This document shows, in pieces, positions 10,801 through 18,419 of a stretch of DNA of 64,000 bases. The notes beneath the pieces were generated by a model. The model was not told the origin of the DNA. It saw nothing but the letters and a program-made list of their open reading frames with translations, and did no database searches. Each line of letters starts with the position of its first letter. Position 1 is the stretch's first letter. Source of the stretch: Micavibrio sp. (GTDB taxonomy: Bacteria; Pseudomonadota; Alphaproteobacteria; Micavibrionales; UBA9664); assembly GCA_002699085.1 (NCBI GenBank), contig PAAR01000004.1:14839-78838 (forward strand), in the 5' to 3' direction. The position numbers and the translations under genes are program-made.

Positions 10801-10960
10801 CATCATAGAAAACAAATTCATCGTTTTCAGGGCGATTTTCGATTGATTTTTTAAAGATATTTTCTTTTTTCCAAAAGTTTAGAATTTCTTCTTCCATTTT
10901 CGGGAATGAAGAATTTGGTTTTGCTTCTGGATAAGGCTTGAAATCTGTGTCTTTTGTCAT
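7811..10960 (-). CDS. ileS: isoleucine--tRNA ligase, type 2 (eukaryote-like) form
   Basis: 1,049 aa. HIGH region PPFANGLPHYGHL and KMSKS region KLSKRKRNYPDP. The N-terminus (FPKMEEEILNFWKKENIF) and the absence of a C-terminal Cys cluster fit type-2 IleRS. Confidence 0.95.
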   Translation of the reverse strand: MTKDTDFKPYPEAKPNSSFPKMEEEILNFWKKENIFKKSIENRPENDEFVFYDGPPFANGLPHYGHLVTSYIKDTVPRYQTMRGKRVERRFGWDCHGLPAELQTEKELGISGRYEILDYGIEKFNTACENSVLKFTHEWESYVNRMGRWVDFDNDYKTLDITYMESVMWAFKSLWDKGYIYEGYRVVPYSWAIESPLSNFETRMDDSYRMRQDPAVTVRFKLNEPFNGKTAYLLAWTTTPWTLPSNLAMAVHPDLDYAVVEKEGELYILAEARLGAHGKEFGDEPTYTTIKGTALKGLTYEPLFPYFKDTENAFQVLTADYVSAEDGTGIVHQAPGFGEEDLTNCQQAQIPIVVPINSKGEFTGEVPDYEGMLWMDANKPITQRLKEEGKLVRQETIDHNYPHCWRTDQPLIYKAINSWYLEVSKFKDRMVELNKNISWIPDHIRDGSMGKWLENARDWNISRSRFWGAPIPVWRSDNPTYPRVDVYGSIEELEKDFGVKVDNLHRPMIDNLTRPNPDDPTGKSMMVRVEDVLDCWFESGSMPYAQVHYPFENKEWFDNHFPGDFIVEYIGQTRGWFYTLIVLSTALFDRAPFENCICHGIVLDENKQKLSKRKRNYPDPVEVFDQFGSDCMRWYLISSTLVNGGDLAVPNDGGKAIGQIRNQILNPLWNAYSFYTLYANADKLRGKIIQSSDNTLDQYILAKTRTLIEAVQAKMEVYDLPGSCVEIREFFDALTNWYIRRSRDRFWSAEKTADKQAAYDTLYTVLHNLCRVAAPFLPFLTETIYRNLTGEESVHLTDWPKADALAANANLVSSMDMVREVCSAALSVREQENLRVRLPLAELIVASETANTLEDFKELMADELNVKKVTLSTDLAQYGSLELKVNPQIGKKLKDKMKPVMEASRSGDWSDNGDGTVTAAGVTLESEDFSMRLNTAEGLSSQQISGQGAVILDTKLTPELEQEGIARDLIRLIQQTRKDADFDISDHIDLTLSVSDTIKQAADTHAEMIKAETLTNSLGFTGDNSEYTGTHDLLGESVKISVTRSRKAA

Positions 10961-11000
10961 TTAAACAACATGACCAAAGCGGCTAAAAAAGTCAATATGG

Positions 11001-11036
11001 ATAAAAAGAACCCCAAGATCTAAAAGACCTTGGGGC
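11001..11036 (-). terminator. intrinsic-terminator-like hairpin inside the ileS 5' leader (candidate attenuator)
   Basis: Minus strand reads GCCCCAAGgTCTtttAGAtCTTGGGG followed by TTCTTTTTAT. Arms at 11011-11021 and 11025-11035 with one A.C mismatch. It lies about 40 nt upstream of the ileS ATG, and no minus-strand gene upstream could own it. Confidence 0.4.
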
Positions 11037-11129
11037 TTACTGTGGGGAAGAATGTATAAACACAGTTATTTTGAAGGAGCCGTGTTTATGTCATTTTTTT
11101 ATGTTTATTACTTGGGTTATAGGACATAA

Positions 11130-11181
11130 GTCGTGAGTGAGTCAAATAAAATTATAGCAAATAATCATTTTGTCGTGAGTG
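11130..11181 (+). repeat. perfect 10-bp direct repeat GTCGTGAGTG x2, 42 bp start to start, in the ileS/dcp divergent region
   Basis: Copies at 11130-11139 and 11172-11181, read directly from the sequence. Function unknown; possibly a regulator site upstream of dcp. Confidence 0.6.
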
Positions 11182-11217
11182 CTTGATTTAATGCCTCAAA
11201 ACACTTAATTTCATGCG

Positions 11218-13251
11218 ATGAGTATTGATATTTTATTACAACCTTCGACGCTTCCTTATGAAGCGCCCCAATTTACTGGGTTCACTGAAGACGATTATTT
11301 GCCGGCTGTTCATAAAGGTATAGAGCTTGCGAAAGCAAGGCTTGAAAGCATAAAGGCTAATCCAGAACCTGCGGATTTTGAAAATACGATTGAAGCGCTG
11401 GAAGAATTAGAGCCTGAGTTATCAAGAGTTTTGAGTGTTTTTTATACTTATTATGCGGCACATCGTACCGACAAAATTCAAGCTCTCGCCGAAGAAATTG
11501 GTAGTATCACCTCTGCTTTTTCTAATGATATTTCTTTAGATGCAGATTTATTTAAGCGTGTCGATTTTGTTTATAATCGCAAAGAAACTTTGGAGTTAGA
11601 TACAGAGCAGGCAATGTTGTTAGAGCGTTGCTGGCAAAGTTTTGTGCGTAATGGCGCAAAATTAAAAGAGGATGAGAAGAAAAGGCTTCGTGAGATTGAC
11701 CAAGAAATGGCTAAGATCACACCACAATATTCATCAAATATTATGAGTTCTTCGAATGCTTTTGAACTATTAATTGATGATGAGGCCAATTTACGCGGCT
11801 TGCCGAAAACGGCTATTGTAGCGGCTAAAGAATCTGCCACTGAAAAAAATTATGAAGGGCAATATCGTTTTGTCTTGGATATGCCGTCATATTTACCTTT
11901 TATGCGCTATGCTGAAAATCGTTCTTTGCGTGAAAAAATGTGGCGAGCGGCATCTTCTAAAGCTTTCGAAGATGATTTTGATAACCAAGAAAATGTCAAA
12001 AACATCGCTAAATTACGTTATAAGCGAGCTAAGTTACTGGGTTATGCCAGTCATGCGGATTTCGTTTTAGAAAAGCGTATGGCGAAAAAGCCGAAAGAAG
12101 TCATGAGCTTTATTGATAAAATGATCGAACGGGCAAAAGAACCAGCTCAAAAGGATCTTGATGCATTACGTGCTCTTGCTAAAGAAGATGGTGTATCAGA
12201 TTTTAAACCTTGGGATATTCTGTATTATTCTGAGAAACTCAAAAAGCAATTATTTGATTATGATGAAGAAGAACTTCGTCCTTATTTCAAGTTAGAAAAT
12301 GTTATAGAAGGCTTATTTACGCATGCTGAGAAGCTGTACGGCTTCACTTTTAAGAAAGCACCAGAGAATAAGTATTCGGTCTACCATGACGATGTTCTAG
12401 TCTATGAAGTGTTTAATGCTGATGGTACTTTCCAAGCATTATATTATTTTGATTTGTTCCCTCGAGAAACAAAACGAGATGGTGCATGGGAGAACTCTTT
12501 CCGCCCACATGGAAAAGAACAAGGCATTATTAAAAAGGCTCTTGTGACAAATGTGTGTAATTTCACCAAGCCAACCAAAGATACACCGTCACTTTTAAGT
12601 TTTTATGAAGTTGAAACTTTGTTCCATGAGTTTGGCCACGCCTTACATGATATATGCTGTGAAACAACATATCAGTCACTAGGTTTACGTGGGGTGATGT
12701 GGGACTTTATTGAACTCCCTTCACAAATTAACGAACAATGGCTTGGTGATTATGGTGTGTTGGCTAGTTTTGCTAAACATTATGAAACCGGCGAGCCGCT
12801 GCCACGGGCGTTATTTGATAAGATTGAGGCGAGTAAAACATTTATGGCTGGTCGCACAGTAATGATACAAAGCCTTTATTCTAAGCTAGATATGCGTTGG
12901 CATATTAAAGACCCTTCAGACATTAAAGACGTGGTAAGTTTTGAGCGTGATATTATGCGTGAAGGCAAGATGTTGAAATATGAAGGCGGATGCTTTTCAA
13001 CATCGTTCTCACATATTTTTGCGGGTGGCTATTCTGCAGGATATTATTCTTATTTATGGGCAGAAGTTTTGGATGCGGATGCTTTCTCGGCGTTTGAAGA
13101 AAACGGTCTATATGATAAAGAGACAGCCCTCAAGTTTAGAAATGTCTTGGCTAAAGGTGGGTCTGTTGACCCTATGGAGCTATATATAGAATTCAGAGGA
13201 CGTGAGCCATCGGAAGAGGCTTTCTTAAAACGTAAAGGCCTAGAGTCTTAG
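11218..13251 (+). CDS. dcp: M3-family peptidyl-dipeptidase (Dcp-like)
   Basis: 677 aa with zinc site HEFGHALH. The N-terminal STLPYEAPQF and overall length fit Dcp/oligopeptidase A. The Dcp-versus-OpdA choice rests on recollection of the N-terminal region. Confidence 0.75.
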   Translation: MSIDILLQPSTLPYEAPQFTGFTEDDYLPAVHKGIELAKARLESIKANPEPADFENTIEALEELEPELSRVLSVFYTYYAAHRTDKIQALAEEIGSITSAFSNDISLDADLFKRVDFVYNRKETLELDTEQAMLLERCWQSFVRNGAKLKEDEKKRLREIDQEMAKITPQYSSNIMSSSNAFELLIDDEANLRGLPKTAIVAAKESATEKNYEGQYRFVLDMPSYLPFMRYAENRSLREKMWRAASSKAFEDDFDNQENVKNIAKLRYKRAKLLGYASHADFVLEKRMAKKPKEVMSFIDKMIERAKEPAQKDLDALRALAKEDGVSDFKPWDILYYSEKLKKQLFDYDEEELRPYFKLENVIEGLFTHAEKLYGFTFKKAPENKYSVYHDDVLVYEVFNADGTFQALYYFDLFPRETKRDGAWENSFRPHGKEQGIIKKALVTNVCNFTKPTKDTPSLLSFYEVETLFHEFGHALHDICCETTYQSLGLRGVMWDFIELPSQINEQWLGDYGVLASFAKHYETGEPLPRALFDKIEASKTFMAGRTVMIQSLYSKLDMRWHIKDPSDIKDVVSFERDIMREGKMLKYEGGCFSTSFSHIFAGGYSAGYYSYLWAEVLDADAFSAFEENGLYDKETALKFRNVLAKGGSVDPMELYIEFRGREPSEEAFLKRKGLES

Positions 13252-13280
13252 AAAATAAATAACAGATAAGGAGTTAGAGA

Positions 13281-14147
13281 ATGGATATCACATCTATTAC
13301 CGATAATATTAATGAAGAAACAATGACAGAGATTTGGCTGTCTGTAAGTGCTTATGGCTTACAAGTATTGGCTGCGCTAGCGATCTTTTTTATTGGGAAA
13401 TGGGTGGCACACCGCATTCAATTGGTGGCAGGAAAAGCTTTGGCGCGTGCCAATATGGACGCTACGTTGATTGGCTTTCTGACGAAGATACTTTATGTTG
13501 GCCTGCTTGTATTTATTATTATTGCGGCTCTCGGCCAGTTAGGTGTGCAAACAACATCATTGGCGGCAGCGATTGCAGCTGCTGGTTTGGCTGTTGGCTT
13601 GGCTTTACAAGGGTCTCTGTCTAATTTTGCCGCTGGTGTTTTGATTATTATTTTCCGCTTCTTTAAGGCAGGCGATTATGTCGAAGTCGCTGGTGTCGGC
13701 GGGACAGTAAGTGATGTTTCAATCTTCACGACGGTGCTGATTACCCCTGATAATAAGCGTATTATTATTCCGAATGGTACAATTACCTCTGATAATATTA
13801 TTAATTATTCAGCGATGCCTACCCGCCGTATTGACATGGTGATTGGTGTTGGGTATGGCGATGACCTGAAGAAGGTGCATAAGGTTTTAGAGAGAATTAT
13901 CAGTTCCCATGAAAAAGTGTTGAAAACACCAGCACATCAGATCGCTGTGTCAGAATTAGCAGACTCATCGGTAAATTTTGTGGTGCGTCCTTGGGTTAAA
14001 ACAGCAGATTATTGGGCGGTACGCTTTGCGTTAACAGAAGAAATTAAAACGACGTTTGATAAAGAGGGTATTTCTATTCCGTTCCCACAGCGTGACCTGC
14101 ATATGATACAACCAACGCCAGAGCCGAAAAAATCGACTAAGAAATAA
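13281..14147 (+). CDS. small-conductance mechanosensitive channel (MscS family)
   Basis: 288 aa with three N-terminal TM helices, then GDYVEVAGVGGTVSDVSIFTTVLITPDNKRIIIPNGTITSDNIINYS (MscS beta-domain signature). AAGGAG SD. Confidence 0.85.
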   Translation: MDITSITDNINEETMTEIWLSVSAYGLQVLAALAIFFIGKWVAHRIQLVAGKALARANMDATLIGFLTKILYVGLLVFIIIAALGQLGVQTTSLAAAIAAAGLAVGLALQGSLSNFAAGVLIIIFRFFKAGDYVEVAGVGGTVSDVSIFTTVLITPDNKRIIIPNGTITSDNIINYSAMPTRRIDMVIGVGYGDDLKKVHKVLERIISSHEKVLKTPAHQIAVSELADSSVNFVVRPWVKTADYWAVRFALTEEIKTTFDKEGISIPFPQRDLHMIQPTPEPKKSTKK

Positions 14148-14241
14148 CCTTAATCAGGGCTTTTTCTTGCCGTGCTCTTGCCTCATTTAGCTTTCATACT
14201 AAGTGAATGTTAAATAAAGCAACCCTACAAGGAGTTATATT

Positions 14242-14535
14242 ATGAAGTCTATTTTATTACCTGCACTTTCTGCATTTGTTATTACTGCTGCAATTCCGGC
14301 TGTTGCTATGGCTGATATGCACAAAGGTAACCATTACATGGAAAAAGTTGATACAAATAAGGATGGTAAAATTTCTAAGGCTGAATCACAGGCTGCCCAT
14401 GATGCTCGTTTTGAGAAGATGGATACAGATGGCGATGGTTTTGTCACTAAAGAAGAAGGTGAAGCAGCGAAAGCAAAGATGAAAGAAAAATGGAAAGAAA
14501 TGAAAGATAAAAAGGGCGAAATGCCAGTTGAATAA
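14242..14535 (+). CDS. secreted EF-hand calcium-binding protein
   Basis: Signal peptide (…AIPAVAMA) and two canonical EF loops, DTNKDGKISKAE and DTDGDGFVTKEE. AAGGAG SD. Confidence 0.75.
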   Translation: MKSILLPALSAFVITAAIPAVAMADMHKGNHYMEKVDTNKDGKISKAESQAAHDARFEKMDTDGDGFVTKEEGEAAKAKMKEKWKEMKDKKGEMPVE

Positions 14536-14557
14536 TTTTGCTATTGTAACAGATAAT

Positions 14558-14586
14558 AAAAAAGCGCCTTTTTAGGCGCTTTTTTT
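14558..14586. terminator. bidirectional intrinsic terminator between the EF-hand gene and trhO
   Basis: AAAAAAGCGCC-ttttta-GGCGCTTTTTT. The trhO stop codon (14572-14574) lies in the loop. Confidence 0.6.
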
Positions 14587-15459
14587 GATTTTTGCGTAAT
14601 GTTTATGTTGGTCACGCATTGATCTAAGTTTTTCTTCTGAATGCGTTCCTTTACATTTAGGGCAATGAATACCAGGCTCATAATCTTTGTGTTCCAATGT
14701 TTCTTTAGTGATAAAGGCACCGCAGCCGTAACACATTGTATAGTTACCTTCTTTAAGGCCATGCCCAACCGCCACACGTTCATCAAAGACAAAGCACTCG
14801 CCGTCCCATAGGCTTTGTTCAGCAGGCACATCTTCCAAATATTGTAAAATGCCGCCTTTGAGATGATAGACTTCTTCAAAGCCTTCCGCTTTCATGTAAG
14901 AAGAGGCTTTCTCACAACGGATACCGCCAGTGCAGAACATAGCAACTTTTTTATGTTTAGCTGGATCTAAATGTTCTTTTACCCATCTCGGAAATTCGTG
15001 AAAACTATCCGTTTTTGGATCAATAGCATTTTTAAACGTACCAATCTCTACCTCGTAATCATTGCGTGTATCAATCAATATAGTCTCTGGATCGGCAATG
15101 ATTTTATTCCATTCAGCAGGGCTAACATAGGTGCCAACGATTTTTGTTGGGTCAGCCATTTCATTGCGGATTGTAACAATTTCTTTTTTCAAGCGCACTT
15201 TCATACGTTTGAATGGTTGTTCGCTTGCCGCAGAGAATTTTAATTCCCAGCCATCAAATTCTTTATGGGTGCCGAGCCATGTAATGAAGGCATCTAAGTC
15301 TTCAGGTTTGGCAGCACAGGTTGAGTTGATGCCTTCTGGGGCAAGTAATATAGTCCCGCATACGCCGTATTTTGCGCATTCAGCTTTGATCTTGGCTTGC
15401 CAGTCTGACAAGTTCTCAAGAGCAGTAAATTTATAAAAGGCAGCTACTTTCCACATCAT
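14572..15459 (-). CDS. trhO: rhodanese-domain tRNA uridine(34) hydroxylase (TrhO/YceA family)
   Basis: Rhodanese active-site loop FCTGGIRCEKAS and a C-terminal Cys-rich tail (CYGCGAF...CPKCKG). Start placed at the ATG at 15459 (MMWKVAAFYKF) rather than 15495, which would overlap the upstream gene. Confidence 0.75.
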   Translation of the reverse strand: MMWKVAAFYKFTALENLSDWQAKIKAECAKYGVCGTILLAPEGINSTCAAKPEDLDAFITWLGTHKEFDGWELKFSAASEQPFKRMKVRLKKEIVTIRNEMADPTKIVGTYVSPAEWNKIIADPETILIDTRNDYEVEIGTFKNAIDPKTDSFHEFPRWVKEHLDPAKHKKVAMFCTGGIRCEKASSYMKAEGFEEVYHLKGGILQYLEDVPAEQSLWDGECFVFDERVAVGHGLKEGNYTMCYGCGAFITKETLEHKDYEPGIHCPKCKGTHSEEKLRSMRDQHKHYAKIKKSA

Positions 15460-15475
15460 GGAGCAGTATATAGCT

Positions 15476-16366
15476 TTATTTGAATAATTTTGCAATTTTT
15501 ATCTGTTGTAAAAAATGATTGTCTGGGCCTGAGTTACGCCACGTCAGTGCTATATCTCGCTGTAAAGGTTTGTCACTTTTGATATCAATGAAGCGAAAGT
15601 TGGTGAACATGTTTTGTAGTGGTTCGAGCATCATTTCGGTAATGAGCGTGCCTTTATTCTCCGTTTCACATAGACTCATCACGCTCATTAGTGATGAAAG
15701 ACTATGTTTTTGTTTCTTTAGTTTTGTATTTAGTGAGCAGGCATTAATTGCATGATCGCTCAAGCAATGACCATCTTCGAGTAAGATAAGATCAATTTGG
15801 CTTAATTCTTCTTTGGCGATGATTGGTGATTGATAATCATACGTTTTTGGTAAAGCAAGCATAAATTTATCTTGAGCGTAGACATGTTTTTGTAGTGAGC
15901 CAATATCGTAAGGCAAAGCAATGATTGCTGCGTCAATACGTCCAGAACGCAGTTTTTCCAACAAATGGTCTGTTAAATCTTCATCCAATACGCAGTCGAG
16001 TTTGGGGTACTGTATTTGAACATTTTTTAGAAACTGCGGCGCAAAATATGGGGCAATAGTGGGTATTATTCCTAAGTAGAACGGCCCCGCAATATTGTCA
16101 CGGCGGGCAGTAGGGTCAATAATCTGGTCAGCAAAGTGAAGCAATTTCTCGGCTTCTTTCTTAAATTCTTTGCCGTAGTGAGTGAGTTGCACGTGTCGGC
16201 TGGAGCGTTCAACCAAAGGTTGTCCTATGAGCACTTCTAATTCTTTAATCCCAGCACTTAACGTGGATTGTGTAACAAAGCAATCTTCGGCCGCTTTGGA
16301 AAAGGATAGGCTTCTGCTTAAACTAAGAAAATATTGGATTTGGCGCAGGCTAGGATAATTCTTCAT
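15476..16366 (-). CDS. LysR-family transcriptional regulator, OxyR-like by context
   Basis: N-terminal wHTH (LRQIQYFLSLSRSLSFSKAAEDCFVTQSTLSAGIKELE) plus a LysR substrate-binding domain. Divergent from ahpC-ahpD. Confidence 0.7.
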   Translation of the reverse strand: MKNYPSLRQIQYFLSLSRSLSFSKAAEDCFVTQSTLSAGIKELEVLIGQPLVERSSRHVQLTHYGKEFKKEAEKLLHFADQIIDPTARRDNIAGPFYLGIIPTIAPYFAPQFLKNVQIQYPKLDCVLDEDLTDHLLEKLRSGRIDAAIIALPYDIGSLQKHVYAQDKFMLALPKTYDYQSPIIAKEELSQIDLILLEDGHCLSDHAINACSLNTKLKKQKHSLSSLMSVMSLCETENKGTLITEMMLEPLQNMFTNFRFIDIKSDKPLQRDIALTWRNSGPDNHFLQQIKIAKLFK

Positions 16367-16506
16367 GTATCATATTTATCAATAATTTATAAATCTATCA
16401 ATCGTTTTTATCGATTTCTGGGATAGGGATAATTCATTGGTGTTTTTGTTCAAAATTGTCCATGATCGGCTCGTAAATAAATGTAAATCAGTTAAAGGAG
16501 ATAAAT
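16367..16506. promoter_or_regulatory. divergent promoter/operator region between the OxyR-like gene and ahpC
   Basis: AT-rich 140 bp containing CTAT (16395-16398) and ATAG (16423-16426) half-site-like elements and TATCAAT direct repeats. Only loosely resembles the OxyR ATAG-N7-CTAT pattern. Confidence 0.35.
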
Positions 16507-17076
16507 ATGCTGACTATTGGAGATCTACTACCAGAATTTGAAGTAACAGGCGTTAAGCCAGGCTTTATGAAACATGAAGAAAACGGCGAATCTGCTTTTG
16601 AAACTATCACAAATGAAAGCTTTAAAGATAAGTGGAAAGTAATTTATTTCTATCCAAAAGATTTCACATTTGTATGTCCTACTGAAATAGCTGAGTTTGC
16701 AAAATTGAATAGCGAATTTGCTGATCGTGATTGTGTTGTTCTTGGTGGTTCTACAGATAATGAATTCTGTAAGCTGGCATGGCGTCGTGAACATGCTGAT
16801 CTTAACAAATTAGATCAGTGGAGCTTTGCTGACACAAACGGATCATTGGTTGATGGTTTGGGTGTACGTGAAGAATCAGGTGTTGCTTACCGTGCAACAT
16901 TTATCGTTGACCCGCATAATGTCATTCAGCACGTATCTGTTAACAATTTGAATGTTGGTCGTAGCCCAAAAGAAACATTACGTATTCTTGATGGTCTTCA
17001 AAGCGATGAGCTATGCGCTTGTAACCGTCCAGTTGGCGGCGAAGGCATTGACCTTAAAGCACTAGCAGCTGAATAA
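16507..17076 (+). CDS. ahpC: peroxiredoxin AhpC (AhpD-coupled type)
   Basis: 189 aa with peroxidatic Cys context DFTFVCPTEI. AAAGGAG SD. Followed by ahpD. Confidence 0.9.
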   Translation: MLTIGDLLPEFEVTGVKPGFMKHEENGESAFETITNESFKDKWKVIYFYPKDFTFVCPTEIAEFAKLNSEFADRDCVVLGGSTDNEFCKLAWRREHADLNKLDQWSFADTNGSLVDGLGVREESGVAYRATFIVDPHNVIQHVSVNNLNVGRSPKETLRILDGLQSDELCACNRPVGGEGIDLKALAAE

Positions 17077-17092
17077 GCCTAATACTCTCCCC

Positions 17093-17117
17093 GAGATCGA
17101 GCGTAATGCTCGGTCTC
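17093..17117 (+). promoter_or_regulatory. intercistronic stem-loop between ahpC and ahpD
   Basis: GAGATCGAGC-gtaat-GCTCGGTCTC: 10-bp stem with one G.U pair and no U-tract after it. Confidence 0.35.
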
Positions 17118-17145
17118 ACCCACTAACTTTAGAAAAGGATTGATG

Positions 17146-17706
17146 ATGAGCATTGATACATTGAAAGAATTGCTGCCAGATTACGCTAAAGACATCAAAC
17201 TAAACTTGTCTAGCTTGGCAAATGAAGAGATTTTAACAGACCAGCAAAAATGGGGCACCTTTTTGGCCTCAGCGATGGCAGGGCGTAATGCCACTGTTAT
17301 TAAAGCTGTAGAGGCAGAAGCGTCACAGCATCTTTCAACAGAAGCTTTAACGGCTGCAAAAGCAGCGGCGTCAATCATGGCGATGAATAATGTTTATTAC
17401 CGTTTTGTGCATTTAGCTGCAAATAAGGAATACCAAACATTGCCTGCTAAACTGCGCATGAATGTTATTGGTGCACCTGGTATTGAAAAAGCTGATTTTG
17501 AGCTTTATTCACTGGCTGTATCAGCGATTAATGGCTGCGGTATGTGTATTGATGCGCATGAAGCACAATTGTTGAAAGAAGGCTTAAGTAAGGACGCTAT
17601 TCAAGCGTCAATCCGTATAGGTGCGACGATCCAAGCAGTTTCTACGGTGTTGGATACAGAAAGTGCTTTAGATGGTACAACGGCATTAGCAGCAGCGGCT
17701 GAGTAG
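17146..17706 (+). CDS. ahpD: alkyl hydroperoxide reductase AhpD (carboxymuconolactone decarboxylase fold)
   Basis: CxxC motif in [12 protein letters not shown]. Start moved to the ATG at 17146, 6 nt after AAAGGA. The track start at 17140 is a TTG abutting the SD. Confidence 0.85.
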   Translation: MSIDTLKELLPDYAKDIKLNLSSLANEEILTDQQKWGTFLASAMAGRNATVIKAVEAEASQHLSTEALTAAKAAASIMAMNNVYYRFVHLAANKEYQTLPAKLRMNVIGAPGIEKADFELYSLAVSAINGCGMCIDAHEAQLLKEGLSKDAIQASIRIGATIQAVSTVLDTESALDGTTALAAAAE

Positions 17707-17731
17707 AAAATAACGCTGTGATTAAGACTTA

Positions 17732-17762
17732 ATAGCACGCCATTGAGCGTGCTATTTTTTTA
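17732..17762 (+). terminator. intrinsic terminator after ahpD
   Basis: ATAGCACGC-cattga-GCGTGCTAT followed by TTTTTTT. Confidence 0.65.
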
Positions 17763-18341
17763 TGATTTCAGAATAACTTCTTTTTTAGCAAAGAGCTCTT
17801 TGAGTGGCTGGACTTTTTCAAGCATTGCAGCATAAAGCCCTAATTTATCAGCATGGCCATGGATATAGATAACGTTGAAGATCAATCCAGGCACCGAGCC
17901 TACAGATAGATTAAAGCCAAACCACAACATCATTGAAACAATTGCAAGGCTACGAAATACCATATCAGACTTAAAGGCACGGGATATGATAAAAACGGTT
18001 GTCGCCATAAAAGCTAAATAATCACTTACTGCCCCCGTCCAGCTGAAAAAACTGGCTGCAATCAAAGCTAAGAAGATAATAGCTAAGCTAGGCAAATAAT
18101 GTGGCCCATGTCTAAAGCCACCCAAGCGCATGAGAAGGGCTAAAATCAGATATAAAATATTGATAATACTGGCAATAACCGAGCCCAGCATCAGTTGGTG
18201 TGCTGAAATCATAGCACAGCCGATGGATTCGTTTCTGGCAATGACATTGTAGTTTTTTGAATAAGAAGAGATGCTATAAAATAGGTAGCCTATAAGCCCT
18301 AAGGCTTGAATTCCAATAAAATATAGACTTAACCCCTCCAT
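17760..18341 (-). CDS. polytopic inner-membrane protein (possibly YgjV-like)
   Basis: 193 aa, hydrophobic throughout with about 5-6 predicted helices. The family assignment is a weak recollection. Confidence 0.45.
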   Translation of the reverse strand: MEGLSLYFIGIQALGLIGYLFYSISSYSKNYNVIARNESIGCAMISAHQLMLGSVIASIINILYLILALLMRLGGFRHGPHYLPSLAIIFLALIAASFFSWTGAVSDYLAFMATTVFIISRAFKSDMVFRSLAIVSMMLWFGFNLSVGSVPGLIFNVIYIHGHADKLGLYAAMLEKVQPLKELFAKKEVILKS

Positions 18342-18419
18342 ATATACACTCCCTCAAATGTCTCAATATGAAGGTTTATAATGCCTGAATAAGTTTAAGG
18401 TAGGGTTAATATGGAAAAA

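Noticed and set aside
14541-14879. A 112-aa minus-strand ORF overlapping the 3' part of trhO in another frame.
   Set aside because: The trhO frame carries the conserved Cys-rich C-terminus. The alternative frame has no recognisable features and starts inside trhO.
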